A stretch of DNA of 64,000 bases from contig CM082579.2 of NCBI GenBank assembly GCA_040954595.2, positions 10,653,625 to 10,717,624 of the forward strand, in the 5' to 3' direction. Origin of the DNA: Balanoglossus misakiensis (lineage: Eukaryota > Animalia > Hemichordata). Positions 23,001-37,100 of this stretch are shown here, piece after piece. A program made the translations under genes and the position numbers. The first letter of the stretch is position 1. The number at the start of each line of letters is the position of its first letter. The notes under the pieces are model-generated. The model did no database searches, had not been told where the DNA came from, and worked only from the letters and a program-made list of their open reading frames with translations.

Positions 23001-26000
23001 TCAAAAAACGACGATTTTTCGTCTTTGCGAATCTTCAAAATTTCTTCATTTTTTGATAAAAGTCATGGGTTATAGCTCATGAAAATCTTCAAAAAACGAC
23101 GATTTTTCGTCTTTGCGAATTTTCAAAATTTCTTCATTTTTTGATAAAAATCATGGGTTATAGCTCATGAAAATCTTCATAAAACGACGATTTTTCGACT
23201 TTGCGAATTTTCAAAATTTGGCCATTTTTTGCAAAAATCATGGGTTATAGCTCATGAAAATCTTCAAAAAACGACGATTTTTCGACTTTGCCAATTTTCA
23301 AAATTTCTTCATTTTTTGATAAAAATCATGGGTTATAGCTCATGAAAATCTTCAAAAAACGACGATTTTTCGTCTTTGCGAATTTTCAAAATTTCTTCAT
23401 TTTTTGATAAAAATCATGGGTTATAGCTCATGAAAATCTTCATAAAACGACGATTTTTCGACTTTGACAATTTTCAAAATTTCTTCATTTTTGAAAAAAA
23501 TCATGGGTTATAGCTCATGAAAATCTTCAAAAAATGACGATTTTTCGACTTTGCCAATTTTCAAAATTTCTTCATTTGTTGATAAAAATCATGGGTTATA
23601 GTTCATGAAAATCTTCAAAAAACGACGATTTTTCGACTTCGCGAATTTTCAAAATTTCTTCATTTTTTGAAATAATCATGGTTTATAGCTCATGAAAATC
23701 TTCAAAAAACGACGATTTTTCGTCTTTGCGAATCTTCAAAATTTCTTCATTTTTTGATAAAAGTCATGGGTTATAGCTCATGAAAATCTTCAAAAAACGA
23801 CGATTTTTCGTCTTTGCGAATTTTCAAAATTTCTTCATTTTTTGATAAAAATCATGGGTTATAGCTCATGAAAATCTTCATAAAACGACGATTTTTCGAC
23901 TTTGCGAATTTCCAAAATTTGGCCATTTTTTGCAAAAATCATGGGTTATAGCTCATGAAAATCATCCAAAAATGACAATTTTTCGACTTTGCGAATTTTC
24001 AAAATTTGGTCATTTTTTGAAAAAAATCATGGGTTATATATAGCTCATGAAAATCTTCAAAAATCGACGATTTTTCGACTTTGACAATTTTCAAAATTTC
24101 TTCATTTTTGAAAAAAATCATGGGGTATAGCTCATGAAAATCTTCAAAAAAACGACGATTTTTCGTCTTTGCGAATTTTCAAAATTTCTTCATTTTTTGA
24201 TAAAAATCATGGGTTATAGCTCATGAAAATCTTCATAAAACGACGATTTTTCGACTTTGCGAATTTTCAAAATTTGGCCATTTTTTGCAAAAATCATGGG
24301 TTATAGCTCATGAAAATCATCCAAAAATGACAATTTTTCGACTTTGCGAATTTTCAAAATTTGGTCATTTTTTGAAAAAAATCATGGGTTATATATAGCT
24401 CATGAAAATCTTCAAAAATCGACGATTTTTCGACTTTGACAATTTTCAAAATTTCTTCATTTTTGAAAAAAATCATGGGTTATAGCTCATGAAAATCTTC
24501 AAAAAAACGACGATTTTTCGTCTTTGCGAATTTTCAAAATTTCTTCATTTTTTGATAAAAATCATGGGTTATAGCTCATGAAAATCTTCAAAAAACGACG
24601 ATTTTTCGACTTTACGAATTTTCAAAATTTCTTCATTTTTTGATAAAAATCATGGGTTATAGCTCATGAAAATCATCCAAAAATGACAATTTTTCGACTT
24701 TGCGAATTTTCAAAATTTGGTCATTTTTTGAAAAATATCATGGGTTATATATAGCTCATGAAAATCTTCAAAAATCGACGATTTTTCGACTTTGACAATT
24801 TTGAAAATTTCTTCATTTTTGAAAAAAATCATGGGTTATATAGCTCATGAAAATCTTCAAAAAATGACGATTTTTCGACTTTGCCAATTTTCAAATTTTC
24901 TTCATTTTTTGATAAAAATCATGGGTTATAGCTCATGAAAATCTTCAAAAAACGACGATTTTTCGACTTCGCGAATTTTCAAAATTTCTTCATTTTTTGA
25001 AATAATCATGGTTTATAGCTCATAAAAATCTTCAAAAAACGACGATTTTTCGTCTTTGCGAATCTTCAAAATTTCTTCATTTTTTGATAAAAGTCATGGG
25101 TTATAGCTCATGAAAATCTTCAAAAAACGACGATTTTTCGTCTTTGCGAATTTTCAAAATTTCTTCATTTTTTGATAAAAATCATGGGTTATAGCTCATG
25201 AAAATCTTCATAAAACGACGATTTTTCGACTTTGCGAATTTTCAAAATTTGGCCATTTTTTGCAAAAATCATGGGTTATAGCTCATGAAAATCTTCAAAA
25301 AACGACGATTTTTCGACTTTGCCAATTTTCAAAATTTCTTCATTTTTTGATAAAAATCATGGGTTATAGCTCATGAAAATCTTCAAAAAACGACGATTTT
25401 TCGTCTTTGCGAATTTTCAAAATTTCTTCATTTTTTGATAAAAATCATGGGTTATAGCTCATGAAAATCTTCATAAAACGACGATTTTTCGACTTTGACA
25501 ATTTTCAAAATTTCTTCATTTTTGAAAAAAATCATGGGTTATAGCTCATGAAAATCTTCAAAAAATGACGATTTTTCGACTTTGCCAATTTTCAAAATTT
25601 CTTCATTTGTTGATAAAAATCATGGGTTATAGTTCATGAAAATCTTCAAAAAACGACGATTTTTCGACTTCGCGAATTTTCAAAATTTCTTCATTTTTTG
25701 AAATAATCATGGTTTATAGCTCATGAAAATCTTCAAAAAACGACGATTTTTCGTCTTTGCGAATCTTCAAAATTTCTTCATTTTTTGATAAAAGTCATGG
25801 GTTATAGCTCATGAAAATCTTCAAAAAACGACGATTTTTCGTCTTTGCGAATTTTCAAAATTTCTTCATTTTTTGATAAAAATCATGGGTTATAGCTCAT
25901 GAAAATCTTCATAAAACGACGATTTTTCGACTTTGCGAATTTTCAAAATTTGGCCATTTTTTGCAAAAATCATGGGTTATAGCTCATGAAAATCATCCAA

Positions 26001-29000
26001 AAATGACAATTTTTCGACTTTGCGAATTTTCAAAATTTTGTCATTTTTTGAAAAAAATCATGGGTTATATATAGCTCATGAAAATCTTCAAAAATCGACG
26101 ATTTTTCGACTTTGACAATTTTCAAAATTTCTTCATTTTTGAAAAAAATCATGGGTTATAGCTCATGAAAATCTTCAAAAAAACGACGATTTTTCGTCTT
26201 TGCGAATTTTCAAAATTTCTTCATTTTTTGATAAAAATCATGGGTTATAGCTCATGAAAATCTTCATAAAACGACGATTTTTCGACTTTGCGAATTTTCA
26301 AAATTTGGCCATTTTTTGCAAAAATCATGGGTTATAGCTCATGAAAATCATCCAAAAATGACAATTTTTCGACTTTGCGAATTTTCAAAATTTGGTCATT
26401 TTTTGAAAAAAATCATGGGTTATATATAGCTCATGAAAATCTTCAAAAATCGACGATTTTTCGACTTTGACAATTTTCAAAATTTCTTCATTTTTGAAAA
26501 AAATCATGGGTTATAGCTCATGAAAATCTTCAAAAAATGACGATTTTTCGACTTTGCCAATTTTCAAATTTTCTTCATTTTTTGATAAAAATCATGGGTT
26601 ATAGCTCATGAAAATCTTCAAAAAACGACGATTTTTCGACTTTACGAATTTTCAAAATTTCTTCATTTTTTGATAAAAATCATGGGTTATAGCTCATGAA
26701 AATCTTCAAAAAACGACGATTTTTCGTCTTTGCGAATCTTCAAAATTTCTTCATTTTTTGATAAAAATCATGGGTTATAGCTCATGAAAATCTTCAAAAA
26801 ACGACGATTTTTCGTCTTTGCGAATTTTCAAATTTTCTTCATTTTTTGATAAAAATCACGGGTTATAGCTCATGAAAATCTTCAAAAAACGACGATTTTT
26901 CGACTTCGCGAATTTTCAAAATTTCTTCATTTTTTGAAATAATCATGGTTTTTAGCTCATGAAAATCTTCAAAAAACGACGATTTTTCGTCTTTGCGAAT
27001 CTTCAAAATTTCTTCATTTTTTGATAAAAATCATGGGTTATAGCTCATGAAAATCTTCAAAAATCGACGATTTTTCGACTTTGACAATTTTCAAAATTTC
27101 TTCATTTTTAAAAAAAATCATGGGTTATAGCTCATGAAAATCTTCAAAAAAACGACGATTTTTCGTCTTTACGAATTTTCAAAATTTCTTCATTTTTTGA
27201 TAAAAATCATGGGTTATAGCTCATGAAAATCTTCAAAAAACGACGATTTTTTGACTTTGCGAATTTTCAAAATTTCTTCATTTTTTGATAAAAATCATGG
27301 GTTATAGCTCATGAAAATCTTCAAAAAATGACGATTTTTCGACTTTGCCAATTTTCAAATTTTCTTCATTTTTTGATAAAAAATCATGGGTTATAGCTCA
27401 TGAAAATCTTCAAAAAACGACGATTTTTCGACTTCGCGAATTTTCAAAATTTCTTCATTTTTTGAAATAATCATGGTTTATAGCTCATGAAAATCTTCAA
27501 AAAACGACGATTTTTCGTCTTTGCGAATCTTCAAAATTTCTTCATTTTTTGATAAAAATCATGGGTTATAGCTCATGAAAATCTTCAAAAAACGACGATT
27601 TTTCGACTTTGACAATTTTCAAAATTTCTTCATTTTTGAAAAAAATCATGGGTTATAGCTCATGAAAATCTTCAAAAAAACGACGATTTTTCGTCTTTGC
27701 GAATTTTCAAAATTTCTTCATTTTTTGATAAAAATCATGGGTTATAGCTCATGAAAATCTTCATAAAACGACGATTTTTCGACTTTGCGAATTTTCAAAA
27801 TTTGGCCATTTTTTGCAAAAATCATGGGTTATAGCTCATGAAAATCATCCAAAAATGACAATTTTTCGACTTTGCGAATTTTCAAAATTTGGTCATTTTT
27901 TGAAAAAAATCATGGGTTATATATAGCTCATGAAAATCTTCAAAAATCGACGATTTTTCGACTTTGACAATTTTCAAAATTTCTTCATTTTTGAAAAAAA
28001 TCATGGGTTATAGCTCATGAAAATCTTCAAAAAATGACGATTTTTCGACTTTGCCAATTTTCAAATTTTCTTCATTTTTTGATAAAAATCATGGGTTATA
28101 GCTCATGAAAATCTTCAAAAAACGACGATTTTTCGACTTTACGAATTTTCAAAATTTCTTCATTTTTTGATAAAAATCATGGGTTATAGCTCATGAAAAT
28201 CTTCAAAAAACGACGATTTTTCGTCTTTGCGAATCTTCAAAATTTCTTCATTTTTTGATAAAAATCATGGGTTATAGCTCATGAAAATCTTCAAAAAACG
28301 ACGATTTTTCGTCTTTGCGAATTTTCAAATTTTCTTCATTTTTTGATAAAAATCACGGGTTATAGCTCATGAAAATCTTCAAAAAACGACGATTTTTCGA
28401 CTTCGCGAATTTTCAAAATTTCTTCATTTTTTGAAATAATCATGGTTTTTAGCTCATGAAAATCTTCAAAAAACGACGATTTTTCGTCTTTGCGAATCTT
28501 CAAAATTTCTTCATTTTTTGATAAAAATCATGGGTTATAGCTCATGAAAATCTTCAAAAATCGACGATTTTTCGACTTTGACAATTTTCAAAATTTCTTC
28601 ATTTTTGAAAAAAATCATGGGTTATAGCTCATGAAAATCTTCAAAAAAACGACGATTTTTCGTCTTTACGAATTTTCAAAATTTCTTCATTTTTTGATAA
28701 AAATCATGGGTTATAGCTCATGAAAATCTTCAAAAAACGACGATTTTTTGACTTTGCGAATTTTCAAAATTTCTTCATTTTTTGATAAAAATCATGGGTT
28801 ATAGCTCATGAAAATCTTCAAAAAATGACGATTTTTCGACTTTGCCAATTTTCAAATTTTCTTCATTTTTTGATAAAAAATCATGGGTTATAGCTCATGA
28901 AAATCTTCAAAAAACGACGATTTTTCGACTTCGCGAATTTTCAAAATTTCTTCATTTTTTGAAATAATCATGGTTTATAGCTCATGAAAATCTTCAAAAA

Positions 29001-30758
29001 ACGACGATTTTTCGTCTTTGCGAATCTTCAAAATTTCTTCATTTTTTGATAAAAATCATGGGTTATAGCTCATGAAAATCTTCAAAAAACGACGATTTTT
29101 CGTCTTTGCGAATTTTCAAAATTTCTTCATTTTTTGATAAAAATCATGGGTTATAGCTCATGAAAATCTTCATAAAACGACGATTTTTCGACTTTGCGAA
29201 TTTTCAAAATTTGGCCATTTTTTGCAAAAATCATGGGTTATAGCTCATGAAAATCATCCAAAAATGACAATTTTTCGACTTTACGAATTTTCAAAATTTC
29301 TTCATTTTTTGATAAAAATCATGGGTTATAGCTCATGAAAATCTTCAAAAAACGACGATTTTTCGTCTTTGCGAATCTTCAAAATTTCTTCATTTTTTGA
29401 TAAAAATCATGGGTTATAGCTCATGAAAATCTTCAAAAAACGACGATTTTTCGTCTTTGCGAATTTTCAAATTTTCTTCATTTTTTGATAAAAATCACGG
29501 GTTATAGCTCATGAAAATCTTCAAAAAACGACGATTTTTCGACTTCGCGAATTTTCAAAATTTCTTCATTTTTTGAAATAATCATGGTTTTTAGCTCATG
29601 AAAATCTTCAAAAAACGACGATTTTTCGTCTTTGCGAATCTTCAAAATTTCTTCATTTTTTGATAAAAATCATGGGTTATAGCTCATGAAAATCTTCAAA
29701 AAACGACGATTTTTCGTCTTTGCGAATTTTCAAAATTTCTTCATTTTTTGATAAAAATCATGGGTTATAGCTCATGAAAATCTTCAAAAAAACGACGATT
29801 TTTCGTCTTTACGAATTTTCAAAATTTCTTCATTTTTTGTTAAAAATCATGGGTTATAGCTCATGAAAATCTTCAAAAAACGACGATTTTTTGACTTTGC
29901 GAATTTTCAAAATTTCTTCATTTTTTGATAAAAATCATGGGTTATAGCTCATGAAAATCTTCAAAAAATGACGATTTTTCGACTTTGCCAATTTTCAAAT
30001 TTTCTTCATTTTTTGATAAAAAATCATGGGTTATAGCTCATGAAAATCTTCAAAAAACGACGATTTTTCGACTTCGCGAATTTTCAAAATTTCTTCATTT
30101 TTTGAAATAATCATGGTTTATAGCTCATGAAAATCTTCAAAAAACGACGATTTTTCGTCTTTGCGAATCTTCAAAATTTCTTCATTTTTTGATAAAAATC
30201 ATGGGTTATAGCTCATGAAAATCTTCAAAAAACGACGATTTTTCGTCTTTGCGAATTTTCAAAATTTCTTCATTTTTTGATAAAAATCATGGGTTATAGC
30301 TCATGAAAATCTTCATAAAACGACGATTTTTCGACTTTCGAATTTTCAAAATTTGGCCATTTTTTGCAAAAATCATGGGTTATAGCTCATGAAAATCATC
30401 CAAAAATGACGATTTTTCGACTTTGCCAATTTTCAAAATTTCTTCATTTTTTGATAAAAATCATGGGTTATAGTTCATGAAAATCTTCAAAAAACGACGA
30501 TTTTTCGACTTCGCGGATTTTCAAATTTTCTTCATTTTTTGAAATAATCATGGTTTTTAGCTCATGAAAATCTTCAAAAAACGACGATTTTTCGTCTTTG
30601 CGAATTTTCACTAATTCTTCATTTTTTTGATAAAAATCATGGGTTATAGCTCATGAAAATCTTCAAAAAACGACGATTTTTTGACTTTGCGAATTTTCAA
30701 AATTTCTTCATTTTTTGATAAAAATCATGGGTTATAGCTCATGAAAATCTTCAAAAAA
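17063..30758. repeat. Satellite DNA array, 88-bp monomer, ~155 copies, with higher-order structure
   Basis: Consensus tcatgaaaatcttcaaaaaacgacgatttttcgactttgcgaattttcaaaatttcttcattttttgataaaaatcatgggttatagc, repeated head to tail without interruption. The ORF track is empty across it. Confidence 0.98.
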
Positions 30759-30776
30759 TAGCGTCAAGGACACTGT

Positions 30777-32168
30777 GGTCCCATTTGAGGATTACGCAAA
30801 AACAGGGATACACCAGAATAAAAATTACTGGTGACATTGCAAGCAGATATGGTCTAATCATGGAAATATTGAATGTAAAAAATTAACAAGGAACACGCCC
30901 AATAAACTGCAATGTGTCATGGCAGTCTGACAAGTGATGCTAGAAAAATTTGTTTTTGACCAAAAATTGTCTGTACAAACACATATGACAAGCAACTTCT
31001 TTCAGTCAGCCCTGGAACAGACAGACACACACACAGACAGACAAAGACACTCACTGACCTGCCACTGGTAATTAGAAATTAAAGAGCTGGTGGTCTCTGT
31101 AGCAGCTGGCCTATTAAAGTTATGTAAACATGTTTAAGTTGGGGGTAACAACTCCTTGTAAACAACAACTTTCAAAACAACTGGACAATTGGTTTAGAAG
31201 ATTTGCGAACCAAAAATAAAGAAACTCACACAAAAACCTGCTAAATATTGAATATTTCTGATATCAAAATTGAATAAAAGTTGCACATGTATTTGTTATG
31301 AAATTGTATCCTAAATTTCAAAGCAATCAGAGAAAAAAAAACAAATTTCAAAGCAGTTTTACAGAAAATATTTGTTCAAAAGTGGCAAAAATACAAATAT
31401 GCTAATATCACCAAAATGGTACAATATCTAGCTTCAATCACTATGAGGAACTTGCCTGCCAAAGTTCAATGCAATGTGACACGCGGTTTCAGAAAAAAAT
31501 TTTTGACAAAAATTGCAAAAATTTCCCCAATAACACATTTATGCAAATATTAACAACATCTTACCCCTAGGAACATGCCTACCAAATTGCAAAGCAATCT
31601 GGCATGCGGTTTCAGAGAAGAGAATACATTTACCAAAAATGGCAAAAATTGCTCAAATTATAAATATGCAAATTTTGCAACAATTTGAACAAAACTATGG
31701 TTACTCAGACAGCCTATGGGAAGCTTCGTACTAAATTTCAAAGAAGTAAGCCTATCACTTTCAGAAATGAAGACTTTTTACCAATGATATGGAAAAACAC
31801 CAAAAAAAAACGCTTAATAAATAGAAAATCGATAATATTAGCTCAAAACATACAGGGATGTTTAAGGTAGACATAACATACATGCATGCCAATTTTCAAA
31901 TCAATGTGACCAGTGGTTGTCAAGTTTTTGAGTTTTGACCAATTTCACATTTTCCCAGCTAATTTGCATATTTTTGGCAATGACAACTTCATTTGAACAA
32001 ACTCCCATCTACAGTCCAGCCTGCATCTGCACACCAAATATCAAGGTGATACACGCAGCGGTTTTCAAGTTTTTGATGTGGACGGACATACAGACATACA
32101 TCCATACATACATACAGATGCAACTGATTCCATAAGGTCCCATGGTACATACCAATGGGACCTAAAAA
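30777..32168 (+). mobile_element. Helentron/DINE-1-like non-autonomous element with internal ~120-bp degenerate repeats
   Basis: (GACA/CATA)n microsatellites at ~31020 and ~32080-32115. 3' stem-loop aggtcccatggt-acat-accaatgggacct followed by aaaaa. ~121-bp core repeats (gcctgccaaag at 31455, gcctaccaaat at 31576). The 3' part recurs at 39805-39950. The 5' boundary is uncertain. Confidence 0.55.
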
Positions 32169-33765
32169 TGGCAGCTCATGGAGTTATATAAGCAGGTATC
32201 TGTTGCAGTACATTTCTATCAAACAGGATAAAGAACGCCAAGCAAAACATCAAATTTTACAAAATAGACTTATTTATTGAAAAAAGTAACATGAATACAG
32301 AAGTTCCCCCAAATTTGTAAGCCGCAAATTCTTGTGTTTGACCATTTTTACAATTTACATGCAAACAGGAAGTTTGCGAAAATCTGTGGCCAATCGAAGT
32401 GGCAAGAAATTTAATGCATCAATCTTTCTCTGGCAAAGCCAAGTGAAACCAATCCTAAACAAGCTTTCTTGTCTGTCCCAAAACAGGGTCTTGTAGAAAA
32501 ATAACTTACAAATGGCAAACTGAAAACAATCAAATTTGAATTTAAAACTTAACTTATATATTTTCTTTAGTTGATATAAAATGTGAATCGTATGAAATAA
32601 CTTTTGATGCATGAGAAAATGAAAAAATTACTATGCAGTTGTTTTTGCCTTACAAGAAACCTGCCTCATACATAACTGGAGTTATGTACGCATGTAGAAG
32701 GTAAGCTCTATATAATATGCATCAGGCTTAGTGCCAGGCATATTCTAAACACGGAATTCTTTGTCAGGTGTTTGCACCTAGCAATCGATGCCACCCTGCA
32801 TTCTACACAATGCACTTGCAACCAACTTGTAATCCATGTATGGTCTCCATAGTAACAGGCTTATTGCACGGACAGAGTATGTGGTTGGCAGAAGCTTGTG
32901 GTTTAAAATATTTAATATCATTGTCCAATCAAGTTGACTGCTATCGATACTATCTTCATATTTTATGGAAAATGGATTGTTATACTTTAATAGGTATACA
33001 CAAAGCGAGGCCTGTTGAAAAAATGGTGTCTTCACAGTGCATTGATGGTGCAAATCACTCAGTGAAAGTAATCAAATGGTGTACGATACAAAAGATGACA
33101 CAGACTATATAGATCTGGCCCATTGCAAGGAAAAAAAAGGCTGTATGATTGCAACAATCACAAAAGTTGTGGAACATTTAATTTCACTTGGTCATCATGT
33201 GCCCAGTGTTATTTACTGCACTGATGAAAGTCACTGTACTCTGGAGGCCACATACATGTAATTCCAAATTGTCACAAAACTCAGAGATCACAAGTCTGAG
33301 CATTTGGAGTATGCAAGTCTAAGTACTCAATGTTTGAACTGAGCTTGGCTCCAAACATACCTTTATTACAGCAATGACAGAACATTTATTTCGCTGTAAT
33401 GTAGGTATATTTTATATAATATCCCTGTGACATAAATATGTGCACTATTTAAATTAATTATATTAAACTGCCGACACACCCTAGAGTTAGGTCCCACTAG
33501 GTCTTTAGGGACACAAAAGTTACTAAGTAGCAGAGTGCCTACTCGGAAAGCAACACACACCATATCAAAAGAAAGATATCGTGAACTTGATAAATACTTG
33601 AATTTTGACAAAATAGTGCAAAATAGAAGATACTGATTAAAATTATAAATACTGATATCTTTTTCTCAATTGGAAGAAAATGTACAAATCATCATGTAAT
33701 CACGTTAGTGTTATATATAAATTACATTATGATACATATTCACATATTTGTTGTAAAGGAATTAA

Positions 33766-34067
33766 AGCGCCTAGCTCATCTCACACGCATGTTCCAGCTG
33801 TAGCCGCTGGTTACAGACGTTTAGTGAACAGTCAATCCCATAAGGCATTGCTCTGTCGTAACAACAGAGAAAATGGCGGCGACCATAATCTGTGTCGGAG
33901 ATCGGGAAAAGACACCAGCTTGAGTGAAAAGGAGGGACAAAACTAGAATCTACTTACACGATGTGCATGAAATATGGAAGGAAGCAAAGGCAGTCCACTA
34001 TTTGAATGCATTGAACGGAAAATTTGCTGGGAAGTTACGCGCATGCGCGTGAGACGAGCTACGTGCT
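33766..34067. mobile_element. Kolobok-type MITE just downstream of the INTU stop codon
   Basis: TTAA|AGCGCCTAGCTCATCTCACACGCATG ... CATGCGCGTGAGACGAGCTACGTGCT|TTAA: imperfect 26-bp TIR, AG..CT ends, TTAA TSD. Confidence 0.75.
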
Positions 34068-34123
34068 TTAAAGTTGCAACCTAAGTATTATAACCATTTC
34101 AAGTAGCTCTTTAATCGTTCAGT

Positions 34124-37100
34124 CTACAACCCGGCACCAAATGCCAACTTGAATGCTATTTCAATGGAATTCTGAGTTGCGGATTCGTGATAACAGACGT
34201 AGATTTCTCTGGCAAATGGTTCTCCATACTGTCGCCTGTGATTAGAGAAGAAGAAGAAAAAAACAACGGTCATTGTTAATTAAAGCAATGATCTCTCATC
34301 TTTTTGCCTGAGGCCAAATAAAAAAAAATGTGCTGCTCTGATTACATGGTTTTCAAAACTAGGGTAGGTAGGTAGGGAAATTTTTTTATTTTGCGATTTT
34401 ATTTTATTTCACTGGCCGCCAGTATAGAAGAATGACGTCATAGTGTGATCATTTTAGCAAAAATATACAGGTTGCCAACGTGAGACTTATTATTAAACCA
34501 CAATATTGTCAGCTACAATTTGATTAGAAATGATTTCTTCTCTTTAATTTCATGCGTTCAGAAACTTACCCAACAACCCAGTATTGCATTGTGGGTGTTT
34601 TTTTCTTGGGTTCTGTGGTATTCTCTGAGTGACTCTGAAGTAGGATGCCATGCTCTTTTATGACACGTAGGCTCTTGTTGCAATTGAATCGGACATTTTG
34701 CGACCTTTTGGACTGTAGAGAGAAAAGATCAATGCAATTAGTTCACAATAGATTTCATCAAAGGCAATGTTTATTCACAATAAAAAATGAAGTCATTTGG
34801 AAGGAACTGTAAAACACTTTATTTTCGCGAGCAATAAATTTTCGCGAAATACGCGAGAGCCAAAATAGCGTGAAAATAAAAAGTCGCGTAATATTTTTTG
34901 AAGATAACGATGCACTGAATGAAAAAAGAGAACACGAAAATTAATATTCACGAAACAGTGGCCCCTCTCGAAAATTTCAACTCGCGAAAATAAAGTGTTT
35001 TACAGTATATTTTCCACAAACAGCAACAGCATGTGACTGTTGTCTTCGACATCCCAATATACGGACACTTTTCTGGCAGCTATAATAAACTTGACATGAA
35101 TATGGGAGAACAATGTAACAGCAAACACAACACATTTCCTTCAACACTGTCGAATGCTTAGATACAGACTGGACTGCTGTATATATAACAGAAGTGGTAA
35201 CGGCTACAAACCTTGTCTTTGGACTTCATGGATTGTTGGAACAGCTTTCTAATATTCAGACAGCATATCTGGAAGTTTTTGACCAATGTAGGATGGACAA
35301 TTCCCCCTAAAATCTGTAAGTCTTTGTGCGTTGGTGTCACAATAATTCCTTGGCCTACATCCAGACTTGCATAGTGGAACAGAGTATTGTCAGAACCGGC
35401 TGAGAGTCTGAAATAGAATCATATTTATTCCTCACACAGTTTAGTATTAATTAAATTAAAGTCAACTACTCTAATATGTGCACATTGGATCTCTTGAGAC
35501 GTAATTTGACCAAAGTACACTTTTAAGAGTTGTTAGAATGTATTTGCTCTCAATAGAAATTAATCTTTTTGAGATCGGAACTGACAGTACATTGCCATTG
35601 CGACCTTCAATACCAGCTGCTGCGCTATTTTAGAAAAAAACTTAAGCTGTAAAAATTGCTGCTCTTGGTCTTGCACAAAATTCACATTCATTCTACAGTT
35701 TCATTGTCTGTCTGATATGACTTTATGCCAAGTTTCATTGATTTCAGCCGAAAGCCTTTTGCAGTTTTTTATAATGTAAAAACCTATTTTAGGCAGCCAG
35801 AATTAGAGTACTTATACATCTTACATAGCTTTCTACTTTAATTCCAAACTGTTTTGTGACTTACTTGGTAGCAGTGTAGAGTTCAGTGGCTTCCAGTTCA
35901 CTCAAACCTTTCCTTAACACTGCCATGTTGAAAGGATCAGGAATTATTCTTTGTTTCCTTGAAGACTGCCAATACAATCACAATACAAGTATGAATAGAT
36001 CGAACTGTGGACTATTTTTCTCTGCTAGACTCAAATGTAACCTGGAGCTATTAGAGCGATCGGATGATAATAACAGAATCAAAGCCTGGATGTGAATTGA
36101 AAACTAGGAGTATAATGATGTGAAATCCAATAACTTAACCTATATGAAGAATCATATTACAGCTTTATCAATACCTGTGAACTCTGTGATATCATCATTA
36201 TACATAATAACTGATACGTGCCCATGAATTAGCATAATTGATACCGCAGTTTCTGAATGATTGACAGAGGTTTTCAAGGCTAAAAAAAATGCAAACTTTA
36301 TTAGATAATTGAATCACACGCCTGTATACGAATTTTCCTTGGTACACAAACCAAAGGTTTGAAAATTAATAAATATTGCCATGTTTATTGTGTAAGTTTG
36401 CATTTCTTTGAGCTCTTAAAATTTTCGCAGTTTGAAAGCCTCTGTTATTCACTTGTACATTGTACATTATGCTGGTTCTTGGACTTGTCCACGTAATAAC
36501 ACGATACATTATCAGTAATAATGTACAGAGATGATGTCACATAACACCCTGGTATTGATGAAGCTATAATATAATATACAATAGTAAGAATAATGTACGC
36601 CCCAATGACCCATAATAGACGGAGACACATATTTTACTCCATAATTTAGTGTGCTTTCATTCATTATGGGTAAATAAGGCATACATTATTGTTTAAAAAC
36701 ACTGTATGTGTTTTATATTTATTATGTCGAAATTATTATGACTGTCAGAAAATTGAAAATTGCCTCTTTGTAAGAAATTTAATCACTCGTTTTCCTCAGA
36801 TGTTAACTGAGACAGGAAGGCAGAAAACAGAAAGTGAACAGTGTTGCCTCAGGGCGGGTCTAGTAACCATGACGACACTGTCATACCTTAAACAATGCAG
36901 ATCCACTGCCACTGCCAGTGGATCCAACAGAACCGACAGATTCGCGCCTTTTGTCGTCCCGTCGTCTGGGTAGAATCGGTGTCGATTGTTGACTGTTGGC
37001 AGGCGAGTAGGCACTGTCATCACTGGCATCATCCGAGTCTAACTCATAAGCACTACTCCTATTCTTCTGTTTCTCCACAGACGGTGATCCAGATCGTCTC

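Noticed and set aside
17063-30758. CRISPR-like array
   Set aside because: Monomers are contiguous with no unique spacers, there are no cas genes, and the context is a spliced eukaryotic genome. It is satellite DNA.
32355-33611. Short ORFs between the satellite and INTU
   Set aside because: AT-rich with no motifs or consistent splice structure. Probably INTU 3' UTR or intergenic DNA.
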